64,000 bases of DNA from Lama glama (GCA_028534125.1 CM052816.1:82338001-82402000), one strand, 5' to 3'. Counted from the stretch's first letter, positions 24,290 through 39,249 are shown. Numbers and translations are program-made. The notes: a model not told the origin generated them from the letters alone.

Positions 24290-26640
24290 ATCATGAACAA
24301 CATGGAATCTCTGTTATGTGAGATTCCTATTCAAATTGAGAAGACAAACATGAAACTAATGAACAATCATACAATTTGATAACTAAAAGAACCTAAGGGT
24401 CTGCAGAGAATGAAGTGCCAAGGAGAAAATGAACTCTATCTGGAAGAATGGAGAGTATTTAGGGAAGTATTCATAAAAAGGGAGAGATAAGGTGTATGAA
24501 AGATTAGCAGTATTTCCCTAGCTAGAAGTTAAATTTGTATCATTGAATGCTTTGCTGCTATTTTAATAAGACCATCATATTCATCCACATATCAGATACT
24601 AGTAACTTAAAAGAGTTGAGCTATAAACACCCATTAGTGTTCTAGCTCATTACCACAGAATGCGTCACCACTTCTGAGCCTCATCATTGCCAGGATACAG
24701 TGTCCTTACCACCTTATCCTGGCTTTGGTGTTGGGCTTGGTGTTACCTATGTCGACTCTGTCCTGGCTTGCTATTTGTTCTCTCTGAATGCTTTCTTTGA
24801 TTCTCTAAACACTAACCTCTGCCATTAATTTATTTGGCTGTCAGGAAAGTCGGGCCACCTCTGATCCTTTTAAGAAGAGAGCGATTCACTGGGCAGAGGG
24901 AAAAGTATATGCAAAGGCACTGAGAAGCAATAGGTTCTTGGTGTTTCTAGAAATGTGACTTATTTTGTCTGGAGCATAGAACACGTGTAAGTCAGATGAA
25001 ACTGGAGACATAAAATTAGTTCATCTCTGCCATCTATAGATTTAATTGTGTGTGTGGTGGGGGTAGGGATCCACTGAACGACTTTAAGTAGAGAAGAAAA
25101 TGGATTCCATTTGTATGTTAGAAAGATGACACAACAGGCAAATAGTGTAGAAGAGGGGTTACTGATAGAAAGCAGTAATAGTAACAGTGGAGAGAAGTGG
25201 CTAGGTTTCCAGAGTTATTTAAAAAGCAGTATCTCAGGACTTGCCTTCTTTTCTATCCCACTCATTGACCCCTTTCCTTATACCTGTGATAGTAAGGAGC
25301 AGAGGATGATTGCCAAATTTTTAGCTTGAGATCAAGAATGGCCGTGCCTTGATTTTACACCTATATACCCTCCCATTTGCCATATTACCACATAATTTAA
25401 TTGCTCTGTTTACTCGTCCGACTTTCCCAAAGACTGAGCAACTTGATCTCAAAGACATTGTTTTTACCTTGTCCAACTTTGTATAGTCTGTTCTTAAAAG
25501 AGTTCTTCACACAGAGCGTGATCTTAATGAAGATTTGCTGCATAGACAGAGAAGAGCTCTTAGCGTGACAATGACTAGAGGGATTGTAGACTCTGGTAGG
25601 CAGATTTGGGACTTACTGGAATAGTAGTTAATTGCAGTTGGGATAACCTACGGGGAATGTATATAAAGGGACTATAAAAACAATAGCCAGTGATTGATCC
25701 TGTGCCATGCCTCAGGCTAAACACTTTGCATGCACCCTCTAATTTAATCATCGAACTACCTAATGTGTAGTTGTTCTTGTTGATGACATTTTATAGCTGA
25801 GGTCCACTGAGGAATCATGAGAAGCAACAGACTTTCCAAGGTGGGTGTAGAAAGAGGGATTAGTGAATGTGCTGGAAATGGGATAGGCAGTTAGGAAGAG
25901 AATCTCTGGACAGAAAGAGAGGACCAAGGGGAGAATCGTAAGAAACAACTTTTGTGGGGGTGAACATGGAGAGGGGTCGAGCAGGGGGCCTACAAAAAGG
26001 GATCAGAAATTTAGAAGGAGAACCAGCAGAAAACAGGAAAGAGAGTCTTCAAAAGAAAAGGATGGCTTGGTAGGTAAATTCCTCAGACTGTGAGAGGTCA
26101 AGTTATTTGAGGATGAAGGAAGCCTAAAGTTGGGTCTTGGAAGCTTGTTCTGTGCCCTGTTAGCAGAGTGGGGTGGAAACTGAGGATGAAGGCTGAGAAG
26201 AGAACTGAATAGAGGGAGAAGGAGTGGAATTGGTGAGTCACTGCCTGAAGGGTGGCATCACTGAGGAAACTCATGGTGAGAAGATACGTAGGTCCCTACC
26301 AGAGAAGAAGGAGATTCAGGAAGATTCTTTTTTTTTTTCCCCTTAAGATAGAAAAGAGGTTTATGATTTTGTTTATATAAGGAGGCTGAGGGGAAGGAGT
26401 CACTGAAGGTGGTGAAGATACAGAAGAAGGGGCTATTGAGAGAGTAATATTTTGGAAGATGTTGGAGGATATGGGTCAGAAGTAGAGAGAGAAATGGAAG
26501 AAAGGATGTCTCCTCCCCGACCCTTGTTTCCAGGGTTCAGAGGCAGCTTTGAAACACTGGATAGTATGAGCGGGAGGAGATGTGAAGAGAGATCTAAGGG
26601 GCTGGGTAAATTAGACATAGAAAAGCTCTTCATGCTATTC
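24290..26640 (-). mobile_element. Cluster of L2 fragments (mostly -), with an oppositely oriented L2 3' end (~25340-25550) and a MIR (~25670-25850)
   Basis: Antisense L2 motifs (GGAAAAGTATATGCAAAGGCACTGAG; GATGATTGCCAAATTTTTAGCTTGAG). Boundaries are approximate. Confidence 0.6.
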
Positions 26641-28774
26641 CTAGTGTAGAACTGGGGCAGACTATAAAGTTTTATATATTTTTTTCATAAAGAAAAATAA
26701 ATAAATGTAGTACATCTGCATAATATGGCTTTGTACTGAAATGAGCCTCACTATGGTGCCTTCTTCAAAATTAACAGAGGCATAAAGTGTTACAGAAAGT
26801 AGTTTCATTTAATTTACTGTATTTCATTTGTTTAACATGGCGTTTGCAATTGATGTTCCTTTTGGTATGATAACTACCTACAAATTACCATGCTTTCTTC
26901 CTCAGAAGTTCACCCTCTTTGAAAAGAAGAAGATTTATATGCTATATTAGACTTTTTAAATGTATATTTGTGAAGATAAAACATACAAATCTATGTATTT
27001 CCTACCTATATTTACCCAATCATAGACTAACGATTAAGTCAGATTAGACAGTTTTAAACAACAGCAACAAAAATAAAATAAATGGAGGCAAAAGGAATAA
27101 ATGATAAAGTAGCTACTGAATAAAATTCAATAGAAAGTGAAAGATTTTAGATTGTTGTATAATATAATGGGTTCATGTTAACTTTTTTTCCCCCTAGGAG
27201 ACTTTGCTTATAAGACCATTTAACAGCATATCTCAGTGACATTTGAGAAGAAATTCGATTCCTAAACATGACTGCAACATGGAGGATGTTTCCCCCTAAA
27301 AAATGTTGATTTTTTTTCTAGTATCTTACTCACCTCTTAAAGTAAAATATTTTTACATATATTATGCCAGTAGGGGTTGCCTACATATTTACCAGTTAAA
27401 ATTTAGTTATTATTACTCAATTATTTTATGGCTAGAATGTCAAACAAAGTTACATTTACATTTAAATGAAATGAAAGTAATACCTCTATTATCTGGACCA
27501 ATAAACATGTATTTTGATAAAGAATTGATTATTTCCCTCTAGTTATAATTTATTATGGGAAAAGAAGGGATGTTTGAATATGACTCTGATCTTACCTGCT
27601 TTCAATTTGGAAAAAGGACAGTGTCATGTTCTGTTTTCTACCTGGATGTTTGTGGGATGCCCTGTCATTGGAGTAGGTCCTCCTCAAAAGGATCGCAAGA
27701 TCTTAAGACTCAGATCAGGTCTCAATAGAAGGAGGGTAACCATATGCGTGTTTGTTCAACATTATGTCCTAGACATCAGTGTTTCACTGATTAAACTATC
27801 TTACTCTTTGATAGGTACTACTTCTATCATTTAAATATAAGGGTCTTTGAGGTGTAACATATTAAGTGACAATTTCCTTTTAGAAAGAAATTTATTAGAA
27901 ATAAATCCTCACTTGATAGAGCAGAAAACAGGATGCTAGTTAGAGGTAAGAACATGTTTCACAAAGAGTGGGCAAAACCCCCAGCAAGTAGAACTAGGGA
28001 ATTATCACTAAAACCTTTGCTTGCTTCTTCATTTTGTATGTGGCCAAAAGCAACTTTGTCTCGAGACCCCTTTGACACTGGACTTTTTCATGTGGAAGTG
28101 CTATAAATGGACTTTCTAAGAGACACATCAAAGGATTTTCATTTCTGTTAGAGTCTCTTTTTTAGCTAAGTTCATTCAAGCAGAATTTCTGGGCCTGCTC
28201 ATGTAAGTAACATGTCTGGCTTGCCTAAATATATGACAATCTATTTCTCATCTCTCAGATTTATAGAAAGTTCATGGAGACCACATTCTCCCCTTGCATT
28301 GTAGAAGGGCACAGTTTGTTCTTATGAATATCATTCTCAAATAAAACAACTATAGTTTAGATTATCAGGAAGGATTTAATTTAGTTGCTCCCCTGAATCT
28401 CTAAGCTTAAAGAAATCAGGTTGGTAATGGTGACATTTACACTACAATGTTTCTTGGTGTAAAAAGTCTCAAAGTAAGGTAAGAATGGCCTTTTTCGTAG
28501 CATTCTATGAATCGGTTGTCTGAACCCTTTGGAATACCCAAAAGTCTTTGCTTAAATTTATTTGGAGAAAACAGTGGTGTGAAAAGACACTTGTAATCAG
28601 TTGCATGTTATAACCATAGAGTTTATTTATATATAAATCACTAGTGCTTCCTCTGTTGGACAATTAGGAACTAAGTTTCAGATGCTTACAAATTTTGGCT
28701 ATTAGTCACTTTTCTTCTAGTTATTATCAAAACTTATATTAGATACCAATAATTAATTTTAAATCATCCCATGC

Positions 28775-28970
28775 CATACAGGATTTTATCTAATTATTTA
28801 ACATCTCCTGGGTGGGAGATGTCACTATTACTCCCCTCTAATAGAGGAGGATTCTGCTAGTCAGAGATGGTCAGAGATGGCTAGTGATTGGCTCAAGACC
28901 TCACAGCCAGCATGCGACAAAATTAAGAGCCAATTCCAGTCTCTGACTCCAAATGCAGTGCTCCCACAAC
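28775..28970 (-). mobile_element. MIR SINE
   Basis: GTGATTGGCTCAAGACCTCACAGCCAG...TCTGACTCCAAATGCAGTGCTC. Confidence 0.7.
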
Positions 28971-29580
28971 TGAAAGCAAAGTTGTCTCTCTAAGGTCTGC
29001 ATTTTACAGCAGCAGACAGGTGACATGGAGAATAAAAAAGCACAACAAGATGATTTCCTCAAAGCCGAAAAAGAAAATGGCCTTAGACTCTCAAGGAATA
29101 GGGAATTCTGAGCCCGGTTAACTCATAGGGAGTTCTATGAGTAACTTTCCAAGTTATAATTCCTCCTGTGGAAAGTCAGTGTGATGAACATAAGCCACAT
29201 TCCCCGAGAGAAAAGCACACTGTTAAGTTGTTCTGAAATTACTGTATCAAATGTGCTCTGCAGTGCAAATACACAACATCTCACTCAGAGATACTTGACT
29301 CTGAGACACGTTGGAATGTATGCAGACATGACTTGCAAAGTTATTGTCTAGGGAGAAAAACATTGTCCTGTGGATATCGGATTGTCATACAAATGGTCAA
29401 GGATGTATTTTTGTGTGTAGGAATTCACCTTCTTCCACTCTTTTTGGCATTACTAAGGTTGCTGAAAAATAGATTGCATGGTGTCTGGAAACATAAGGAA
29501 AGATATTTATAACTCTTCTCACTAATTTATCTTGCACACTGTGTACCTTAGAAAAATTCTGGTGGAAACCATGAAGGCAG

Positions 29581-31254
29581 TTTTTTTTTTTTAATTGAAA
29601 TATGGTCAGTTTACAATCTTGTGTCGATTTCTGGGATACAGCATAATGCTTCAGTCATACATATACATACATATATTCATTTTCATATTCTTTTTCATTA
29701 TAGGTTACTACAAGATATTGAATATAGTTCCCTGTGCTATACAGTAGAAATTTATTGTTTATCTATTTTATATATAGTAGTTAGTATCTACAAATCTCCA
29801 AGTCCCAATTTATCCCTTTCCACTCCTTTACCCTACCTATAACTGTAAGTTTGTTTTCTATGTCTGTGAGGTCTCTTTCTATTTTGTACATAAATTCATT
29901 TGTCTTTTTTTTTAGATTCCACATACAAGTGATATCATATGATATTTTTCTTTCGCTTTCTGGCTTACGTCACTTAGAATGACAATCTCCAGGTCCATTC
30001 ATGTTGCTGCAAATGGCATTATTTTATTCTACTTTATGGCTGAGTAGTATTTTATTGTCTAAATATACCACATCTTCTTTACCTAGTCATCTGTTGATGG
30101 ACATTTAGGTTATTTCCATGTCTTGGCTATTGCAAATAGTGCTGCTATGAACATTGGGGTGCATATATCTTTTCAAATTACAATTATCTCTGGATATATG
30201 TCCAGGAGTGGGATGGCTGGATTATATGGTAAGTCTGTTTTTAGTCTTTTGAGGAATCTCTGTACTGTTTTCCATAACAGCTACACCAAACTACATTCCC
30301 ACCAACTGTGTAAGAGTGTTCTTTTTTCTCCACACCCTCTCCAGCATTTATCGTTTGTGGACTCTTTAAAGATGGCCATTCTGACTAGTGTAAGGTGATA
30401 CCTCATTGTAGTTTTGATTTGCGTTTCTCTGATAATTAGCAATATCGAGCATTTTTTCATGTGCCTATTGGCCATTTGTATGTCTTCGTTGGAGAATTGC
30501 TTGTTTAGGTCTTCTGCCCATTTTTGGATTGGATTGTTTGTTTTTTTAAGTTGAATGTGTTGTTTGTATATTCTGGAAATTAAGCTCTTGTCAGTCTTAT
30601 CTTTTGCAAATATTTTCTCCCATTCTGTAGGTTGTCTTTTTGTTTTGCTTATGGTTTCCTTTGCTGTGCAAAAGCTTCTAAGTTTAATTAGGCCTCATTT
30701 GTTTATTTTTGCTTTTATTTCTATTTCCTGGGTAGACTGTCCTAGAACATTGGTAAGATTTATTTCAGATAATGTTTTGCCTATGTTTTCTTCTCAGAGG
30801 TTTATATTGTCTTGTCTTATGTTTAAATCTTTAAGCCATTTTGAGTTTATTTTTGTGTATGGTGTGAGGGAGTATTCTAACTTCATTGATTTACATGCTG
30901 CTGTCCAGTTTTCCCAACACCATTTGCTGAAGAGACTGTTTTTCTTCATTGTCTATTCCTGCCTCTTTTGTCAAAGATTAATTGACCAATAGTCTGTGGG
31001 TTTATTTCTGGGCTCTCTATTCTGTTCCACTGACTCATATGTGTGTTTTTGTACCAATACCATGTTGTTTTAATTACTGTAACTCTGTAGTATTGTCTGA
31101 AGTCTGAGAGGGTTATTCCTCCAGCTTCATTCTTTTTCTTCAGTATTGCTTTGGCAATTCTCAGTCTTTTGTGATTCCATATAAATTTTAGGATTATTTG
31201 TTCTAGTTCTGTGAAAAATGTCCTGGGTAATTTGATAGGGATTGCCTTAAATTT
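29581..31254 (-). mobile_element. 5'-truncated lineage-specific LINE-1 (ORF2 C-terminal part, 3' UTR and polyA); inactive
   Basis: ORF2 peptides [27 protein letters not shown] and [19 protein letters not shown], broken by stops or frameshifts. Poly-T at 29581. Degenerate TSD CATGAAGGCAGTTT / CATGGAGGTAATTT. Confidence 0.95.
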
Positions 31255-31329
31255 CATGGAGGTAATTTAAAGTGTAAGATTTGATTCAATAAGGTAGGCA
31301 TTCTCTGTCAGGCATTCACTCTCCATGAC

Positions 31330-31585
31330 TACATGATACAGGGTTTGAGGATACAAATTCTGGATTCAGACTGCCAAGGTGAATACTGGCTATGCCACTT
31401 ATTGGCTGTGTGTCCTTGAGCAAGACACTTAATGACTCTGTGCCACAGGTTTCTCACCTTTTTAATGGGGCCTCAATGATACCTATCTCATTGTGATATT
31501 ATGAGGATTAAAGTGTTTCATAGCTATAAATAATTTGAAAAATTGCCTGGCATAGGTAAAAAAAAAGTGCTTACAAGATAAAAGT
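31330..31585 (+). mobile_element. MIR SINE, near full length
   Basis: TCTGGATTCAGACTGCC...GGCTGTGTGTCCTTGAGCAAG...TGCCTGGCATAG. Confidence 0.85.
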
Positions 31586-33642
31586 AAATTGATTATTTTG
31601 TCCTCACATATTAACTGTTTCTACTTACTGAAAATTACGGAGTCATAGAAATGCAGAGTAAGGAGGAAACACATTGGTCTTTAGAGAAAAATGGGGAATT
31701 AAGTAGCCTACTCTCTGCCTTCTAATGACAAAATTCCTTCTTCAGCTACCTGTTGCTGAAAAGCTTCTTCTAGTGCCTCAATATCATTGTTGAGAAGTTT
31801 CAATTTTGATGAGAAATAGAGTAATATGCTAGGACTGTTTATAAGGAAAAACTTGTGAAAATAAATTATCCCATTTAAAGTCTGCTTCTGTTTGCCGTGT
31901 AATAGAAAAAAACCCAACCAAAATTCTAAGTTTAACTTTTGATTAAGCAAGCAGTATGGTATGTATTGAATCTGATTACCTGTTGGTGAGGCTACTGTGT
32001 AAGTAAATGGCACTGATTGGTTGGATGGGAATTTTCTCTGGAATGCTTTTTGTCACTGGACAGAAACACCAAACTATGGGGATGTCCTCACTCCTGTTTT
32101 GGGCCACCTCTTTTTGAGTCTCTCTTTAGGACATAATTAAAGAGGAACATTATGGAATATAATTGAAAGAATTCAAACTCTAATATTATATGACTGTCAC
32201 TTTTCTTTCCAGATCTCTTGTTTTCTCTTTTTTGTTGACTGCATATGGCAGCTTGAACATAGAAAAAGATATATACTGTAGAGCTGCTACCGTTAAGACA
32301 AATATGTATTTTTTTCTGTCTTTTAAAAAAGAGTCCTGACCTTTTGATGTATTAATCACTGTTTAAAGAAAACAAGCTCTTAACTGAATTTTACTCTTAT
32401 TATGTGATACAAATTTTTGTTGTAGTATTTGCTGTAATAACTCATAAATATGATTAATGTCTACTGGGCAATTGTTTTAATCAATTTATCATAAAGTATC
32501 TCACTATATTTCATATTATAGTGGAATCAAGGTCACATTAGTCTTATATTATAAAGTTAGCAAGATGTTCCCCTCTGACATTCTATTTGACATATTCTTT
32601 TAATTTTTAAAATGCTTAAAAGTTGATTTGTTTTATTCTATTATTGCTTTTTAACTGTTGTTTGTGTCCTATCACAAATAAATATTAATAGCTGCATTTG
32701 CATAAATCATGTTCAAAAAATTAAAATGCCTTATATTTCCAGTTAATTTTTCAAATAAATAAGAATGGAATTTTGCGAGTAAATAATGTGTCATGTAAAT
32801 GCATTTCAGGATTTTATTATTAATAATCAGTCAACAGAAGAACATGAAATCCATGTTATCTGTGAATTTGACTTTGTTGTAAAGGATGTATGGTATAATC
32901 TACACAACGTTATACGGTCTACAGATAATATCACCAGTAGATGTCTCTGAGGGAGCTTCTTCAGGAGTGATAATAGGGGGAGATGGATAAGAACCAACTA
33001 AAGGAAACAGTCAAAAAGTTGAGCAGAAATAATAAAATATATATAAATGACTAAAGAGAGAATCTGTTAAAAATCTCTTAAAGGATCTATTGTATGGTAC
33101 CCAGACTACCAGAAAATGCAGAGAAAAATTCAATCAGAACAAATACCTGATATCATCAACTTGCCAAAATACTTTTCTTCTTGCATTTGATCGTTGCTGT
33201 GCTACACATTGTACATAGTCATGCATTTATTATCCTATTACCTCAGTAAGTGCTGAATTCCAGCCTTTGTTCAAGAAATGTAACAGAGATTTTTCAACCA
33301 ATTACCACATAATTCAAAAAAATTTCATGGATGGATAATGCTTAGTTGAGAAAGAAGCAGTTCAATCCATTTAAGTATTTTCATAATTAAAATTATATTA
33401 ATTTAGACCTCTAAGTCAAACATGCCGTATTTGACTTAATATATGCACATGAATGCATATATGTGCATAAACTATATATTTATCTTGGTTATTAATTTTA
33501 CACAGTCACAATCTAGGTTGTGCAAAAATGTAACGTGCTTATTTCTTTGAATTCAGCTAAACTCATGAGTTTTCATTTCTACCCGATTGTAGGACACTTA
33601 TTCTATAGCCCTTTTAAGGTAACCCAGTCACATCCAGTTTTA

Positions 33643-34622
33643 TAAAATATGTTTTAAAATATAATTCTTAGAGTAATTTTAGATTTATAGCAAAATTGAG
33701 CAGAAGATACAGAGATTTCCCCTCTGCTCTCTGCACCCCCACATGCATGGCCTCCCCATTATCAACATCCTCCCACTTACTGGTATAATGTTAGAATTGA
33801 TGAACTTACACTGACACGTCATTATCACTCAAAGCTCATAGTTTGCATTAGACTTCACTCTTGATGTTGTACATTCTAGGGGTTTAGGCAAATGTATACT
33901 GCAGTAGGTCAGCCATTATAGTATCATACAATGTCGTTTCACTGCCCTAAAAATCCCATGTCCCGCCTGTTCGTCCATCCCTCCCTCTCCTCACCTCCTG
34001 CAACCACTGATCTTTTTGCTATCGTAATAATTTTGGCTCTCCCAGAATGTCATATAGTTGGAATCATATAGCAAAAAGCCTTTAGAGATTGGCTTCTTTC
34101 ACTTAATAATATACATTTAAGTTTTCTCCATGTCTTTTCATGGCTTGATTTCTCATTTCTTTTAGCACTAAATAATGTTCCATGGTCTGAATGTACCACA
34201 GTCTATCTGTTCACCTACTTGGTTGCTTCCAAGTTTTGGCGATTATGAATAAAGCTGCTGTAAATATTATATGTGCTTAAATTTTCAACTCTTTTGGGTA
34301 AATACCATGGAACATGATTATTATATCTCATGGTAAGAGTAGGTCTAATTTTGTAAGAAACTACCGAATTATCTTCCAAAGTGGCTGTACCATTTTGCAG
34401 TCCCACCAGCAATGTATGAGAGTTTCTGTTGCTTCTCATCCTTGCCGGCATTTGGTGGTGTTGATGTTCCAGATTTTGACTCTTCTAAAAGTATACAGTG
34501 GTATCTCATAGTTGTTTTAATTTGTATTTCCCTGATAACATATGATGTGGAGCATGTTTTCGTATGCTTATTTACCATCTGTATACCTTCTCTGGTTTAG
34601 TGTCTGTTAAGGTCTTTGTGCA
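33643..34622 (-). mobile_element. L1MC1-like LINE-1 3' fragment
   Basis: ORF2 C-terminal remnants ([12 protein letters not shown]), an L1MC1-type 3' UTR, and TSD TCA(C/T)ATCCA(G/A)TTTTA at 33628-33642 and 34623-34637. Confidence 0.85.
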
Positions 34623-35735
34623 TCATATCCAATTTTAAACTCAGTCATGTGCAGGTAAATACCTTCTCAACTCAGAATTTACCCCCATTACAACCTCTTC
34701 ATGCATTCTGTTTTCTTTGGAGGCAACTGCATTTGGAAAACATACCTAATTCTTGGTATTGGGGGTGGTGTGTAAGGTGAACCTCTGGTCTGTGACGGCC
34801 TTTGGTGTTTATTGGCCTCCACTGAGATGTAACTTGTCAATCATGCTTTTGTGTGTAACCTTTGTATCCCAGCTACACCTGCTATGAAGGTCAGCACGTC
34901 CACCTTGGTTGTCAGTTGTCATCTATATTGCACTTTCCTTCCTTTTTTTCTCTAAGACTAAGAGAGGTCATTTACTAATCTCCTCCATCTACTCAAGAGA
35001 CTCAGCTATTTCCCTACACCCAAGGGGCAGGTGGAAGGGACTCCCTGTGGCTTCTGTTTTCAGGAATGTTCACCTGGACACATGCATTGGCTGCTGGGGA
35101 TTCGCATTGGATCGCTGTCTCCCTTAAAAGGTTTGCTGTCTCCTCCGTTAAACCTAGGAAAGCAAAGCATCTCCCTCTGTTCAGGGATTGCTCCCTCTGA
35201 AGTATTGTCATGATTTCTATTATCTTATGTTCTCTCCTTCCAAGGACTTTCCCAGGCCTAAAGACTTCCTGGGGACTTCTCAGTATCTGAACCCCAGTGA
35301 AATTTACTCTGTTATTTCTCTTTTTATTACTAACCTACCATTCATCTTTTTTTTTCTCCCTATAAAGGAGAATTGTCATGATTCTTCTGTACTTTGTTTT
35401 ATGGCATTATCTTTATGTTCTGATTCCTCTGTGATTTTTGCTCTTAATATTTAAAGCCAAGTCATTGGAATTCACATTTTTTCTTACTCACTCATGTCCT
35501 CCGGCAATCAAAAACCATGGTGTCAAGTCTGTTATCCTGGCTATTTGCCAAAATCTACTTACAATTTAAAAATCCAAAAATTTGTCTTTACTGTCTTTCT
35601 ACATTATTCCTATCTGTATAATGGTAGAAAGTCTCTGCTATTAAGTGGCAAGGAGAGGTAGGGATAAATGAATTAAAAATCTGGTTTAAATCACAAACCT
35701 ATTCTATTATATTAACATATAATTGTGTATTGTAT

Positions 35736-36110
35736 TGTAATGGATACCAATTGTTTTGCTACCTAGAATACCTTCCCTACGCCAAGAATTATTTCTTTCT
35801 CCGCTCAGATAATATGGGTTCTAACTGAGCTTCCATTTTCTTATAAGACCCCATCTACTGACCACAATTGATAGGTCTGGTGGGAGATAGGGCCTTACTT
35901 ATTCAGGGCTAATCAGAAGCTTTACAGGAATTTTTTAAGAGAGAAAATATGGTAAACACTTGGAGGTGTGAGGGTTATGTCTAAGAAAACAGTTTGTGAT
36001 GAGAAAGAAGAAAGCCAACACACAAAGGCAAGTAGAGATAAGTGATGGAGAGAGTTGTGAAGGCTCAATTGGATTAAAAGAACATCTGATTCTTCACTTT
36101 CTTAAGTTCT
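35736..36110 (+). mobile_element. Old MaLR LTR (MLT1J/K-like), degenerate
   Basis: TGTAATGGATACC start and AGAAAGCCAACACACAAAGGCAAG...GATGGAGAGA motif. Confidence 0.45.
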
Positions 36111-36514
36111 TCAGATATTGATCCAGGGTGGAAACTGTTGATGATCTGCAAAGCGTGGACTTGTGTGATCTTGAACAAGTTAAGCTTTCTAAGCCACCCT
36201 TACCTCTTCTGTGAAATATGACTGCCAGTGACAGCTTAAATGAGCTAACTAAGCACACACAGTGGTCATTCTATAACTATAGATGACTTTAAAGATAATT
36301 TTCTATATCATCATGGTTTTAGTGAATAACACTTCTTGGTTTCAGGGAGTAGAAAACATAGATGAAATTGATGTATTATTTAATCAGAGCAGTGTAGGCT
36401 TAGCCAACTTTGGTCCTAATATTTAAATATATCTTATCTCCACAGAAACAGTCTGAAATAGACAAGGCTTGCACAAAATCAATGACTAATAATTGTGAAT
36501 TGCCAACCTAAGTT

Positions 36515-36534
36515 TGTGTGTGTGTGTGTGTGTG
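36515..36534. repeat. (TG)n microsatellite
   Basis: Read directly from the sequence. Confidence 0.9.
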
Positions 36535-37144
36535 TTCTTTGCAGTGTTAAAGAAAAGGAAGAGTTACAAATGGGACAATTCATTTCTATAACATCAATTC
36601 AAAAGAAATACAGTTCTCTTCTGAGTCCTCTCACATACCTTTTACCCTTCAAGCATAACTTTGATTTGAAGAGCACAAAAATATGTACGTTACATTTATA
36701 ATATTTCTGTAGTAATATTAATGACTTTAACTTCATCAGTTTGTCATCACAGAATTGCCTTGACAAATTGAATAGATATTATCTTTTTCTGATAATAAAT
36801 GGAGAAAATGCAGCCAGTGAGAAATGAAGGTTAATTCTTCATGGTGTCAGTGGTCACTTAGCATTGCTAGACTAAGTCTTTACAGACAATGCTTTATGTG
36901 TTACTGAAACAGACCAGCGTAGATGGAGGCTAAGGACGCTGATTACTGTTACCCTGCAAGAATGTACTTTTCCTTTTAAACTGTGGGAGGCAGAACTTCT
37001 TGGCAGGAAGAACCTCAGTCTATTCATCATCCATATTTTTAGGGCCAGTTGCTCTTTAAGTTTGAATTTGGGGGTTCTGATTATAAAAATATTTTTATGT
37101 TTACCGGAGGGGACATGGATTAAACAGAAAAAAATAAAAAGAAA

Positions 37145-37420
37145 AACACACCCTTCCCTCCACCACTTAGAAGTAATCACTGTTAATACTTTTTTCATGT
37201 CTGAGTTGGCATATGTGTGATCTTTCTTTGTAATTGGTTTTATCTTCTGTCATTTTCACCTACTATTGTAGGATAAGCATTATTTTCTCATTATTGAGAA
37301 ACTCTTGGAAACATAATATTTATAAGGCTGCATAATGCGTTTCATCCTTGCCTTATTGTTTATGGGTTTTTTTTTTCGGTTTCTAGAATTACAAATAATG
37401 CTGCAATGAATACTTTTTTC
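37145..37420 (-). mobile_element. Old L1ME-type fragment
   Basis: GTAATCACTGTTAATAC...AATTACAAATAATGCTGCAATGAATA are antisense L1 3' motifs. Confidence 0.55.
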
Positions 37421-38503
37421 TTTCCCTATGAGAAGAGGATAATGAAACTAAGGAGTACTTGGGGGAACAAATGCTCTTTCCATTTTGCTCCAACATGTAC
37501 TGAAGTCCTTATTTCTTGAAGAGCTTATCATGTGTTAAAATAGTGCAGTTTTGCTGTAGGGACTCTTGACCCACAAGACCAGGGGGTGGGATATAGTTGT
37601 CCCTTGCAACTCCATACCCTGATTCTAAAAGTAATTTTGAGTTCTATAATCCATTGCTTGGTTGGGATCTTGCCTACTGAAGACTTCAGTGTTCTACTTG
37701 TTTATGCCATGTTACACTGCCCTCTGACGTTCACCAGATTGTTTTCTTTGATTCATGCCGTGTTAGGCACTCAATAGAAAGCAATGTGGCGGGAGAGCTG
37801 TGGTATTGATGATTATGCATGCATTTCAGATGGTATCATGAACTCAAAGTGAAGAAATCTTGGTAAACTTATTTATGATTGGAAATGGTGGTGTGGACTG
37901 GTAACACTAAGATTAGTGTGCGGGTGTAGTTTAGCCACGTTGTATTTTAATCATATCATAGCTGTTAGCTCCTCTCTGGTTCCTTCAGTATTTTGTTGGA
38001 ATATTATGAATGCACTGAAGATTATGCACCCTCCAACTCCTGCCATTGTGATGAATTTTATGATAGTTTTTCTTGAGCCTAACTGCCACATGGTTGATTT
38101 AATAGAACAGTGACTGAGAAAAGTAAGAGAAATGGAGGGGCTTTTATACTGAAATTTTTTAGACTTGTGACATAAAACCTCAGAAACTTATTCATATCCT
38201 CTCTCCCCCTCTCTCCTCTCATTCTCTCTCATCACTGTTTGAGTGAACCTGGGAAATTACATGTGAAGAAAAGCTTGGTTTGCCTCTGAGTGCAGTTGGT
38301 TAGGAACTCAGGCTTCATAAGAGAGACTTAACTCCCCCAGCCCTGCACTCACCCGGCAGCCTAGAATAGCGCACTGTAGGTACTTAACCAGGGATATAAT
38401 ACCACATTCTCAGCCTCTCAATATTTTTCAAAAGCTTGGCAGAGGAAAACAATGCTTTTGGAGGATTCCCTGAGAGAATAGCAGTACGTTCAATTCTGTG
38501 AAT

Positions 38504-38682
38504 CAGTGATTCTCAGTGAAATGTGGGGAGGTAGGGGCAGAACGGAGGCGGAAAGAGGGGAACCCGGATGTCCTCTTCGGGGGAGGGCCTAGTTCCCAAG
38601 TGGGACGAGGTTCTGGTGAGTCCTGTTTCCTAGTTTCCACTGCTCCTGCAGATGCTGACATGGATAAGATTTGAGAACGATT
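38504..38682. mobile_element. MER5-like hAT-Charlie MITE
   Basis: TIR-like ends CAGTGATTCTCA ... TTTGAGAACGATT. Confidence 0.5.
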
Positions 38683-39249
38683 TCTTGAGTGTTGCTAAAG
38701 TGGGGGTGACAAACTAGAGACTCTTGGTCAAATCCAGGTTATAGACACATTCTCTCTGCCTAGTATATAGAGTATACACACACACGCACACACAGGCACA
38801 GGCACACAGATACATTTTAACAGGGAACATAGAATTTTCATAAAATCTGGATTTCTCTGGAAACAATAAAAAAAATCTGGCAATGCCAGGCACATATCCA
38901 GTCACGGCACCAAGTGCCTGGAAGTGAGAAACAGTTCCTTCCTTGACCACTGTCCTTATTACTCCCTTTTTTGCTTACACCTGGCTCACATGACTGACTC
39001 AGGTTACCTGTCCGGTCCCTGCAGGCACTGGAGTTTACAACCTTTGAGTAACAGCCTAGCTCTAGGTTATGGCAGCAGAACATGGAACTGGGTCTCTGGG
39101 TCACATCATTTGACTTTCCAGAAGTGATATTCTGAATTTGTGTTTTAGCTTAACGCCATAGGCCTTGTGATGCAAGGGAATGACTCTCTAGAACTTATCC
39201 TCAAGTTTACCATAAGAATATTTGTTCATTACTTTGGAAATTTTATAAA

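Noticed and set aside
30123..30992. + strand ORFs of 91 and 145 aa
   Set aside because: These are antisense frames of L1 ORF2, a common source of spurious gene calls.
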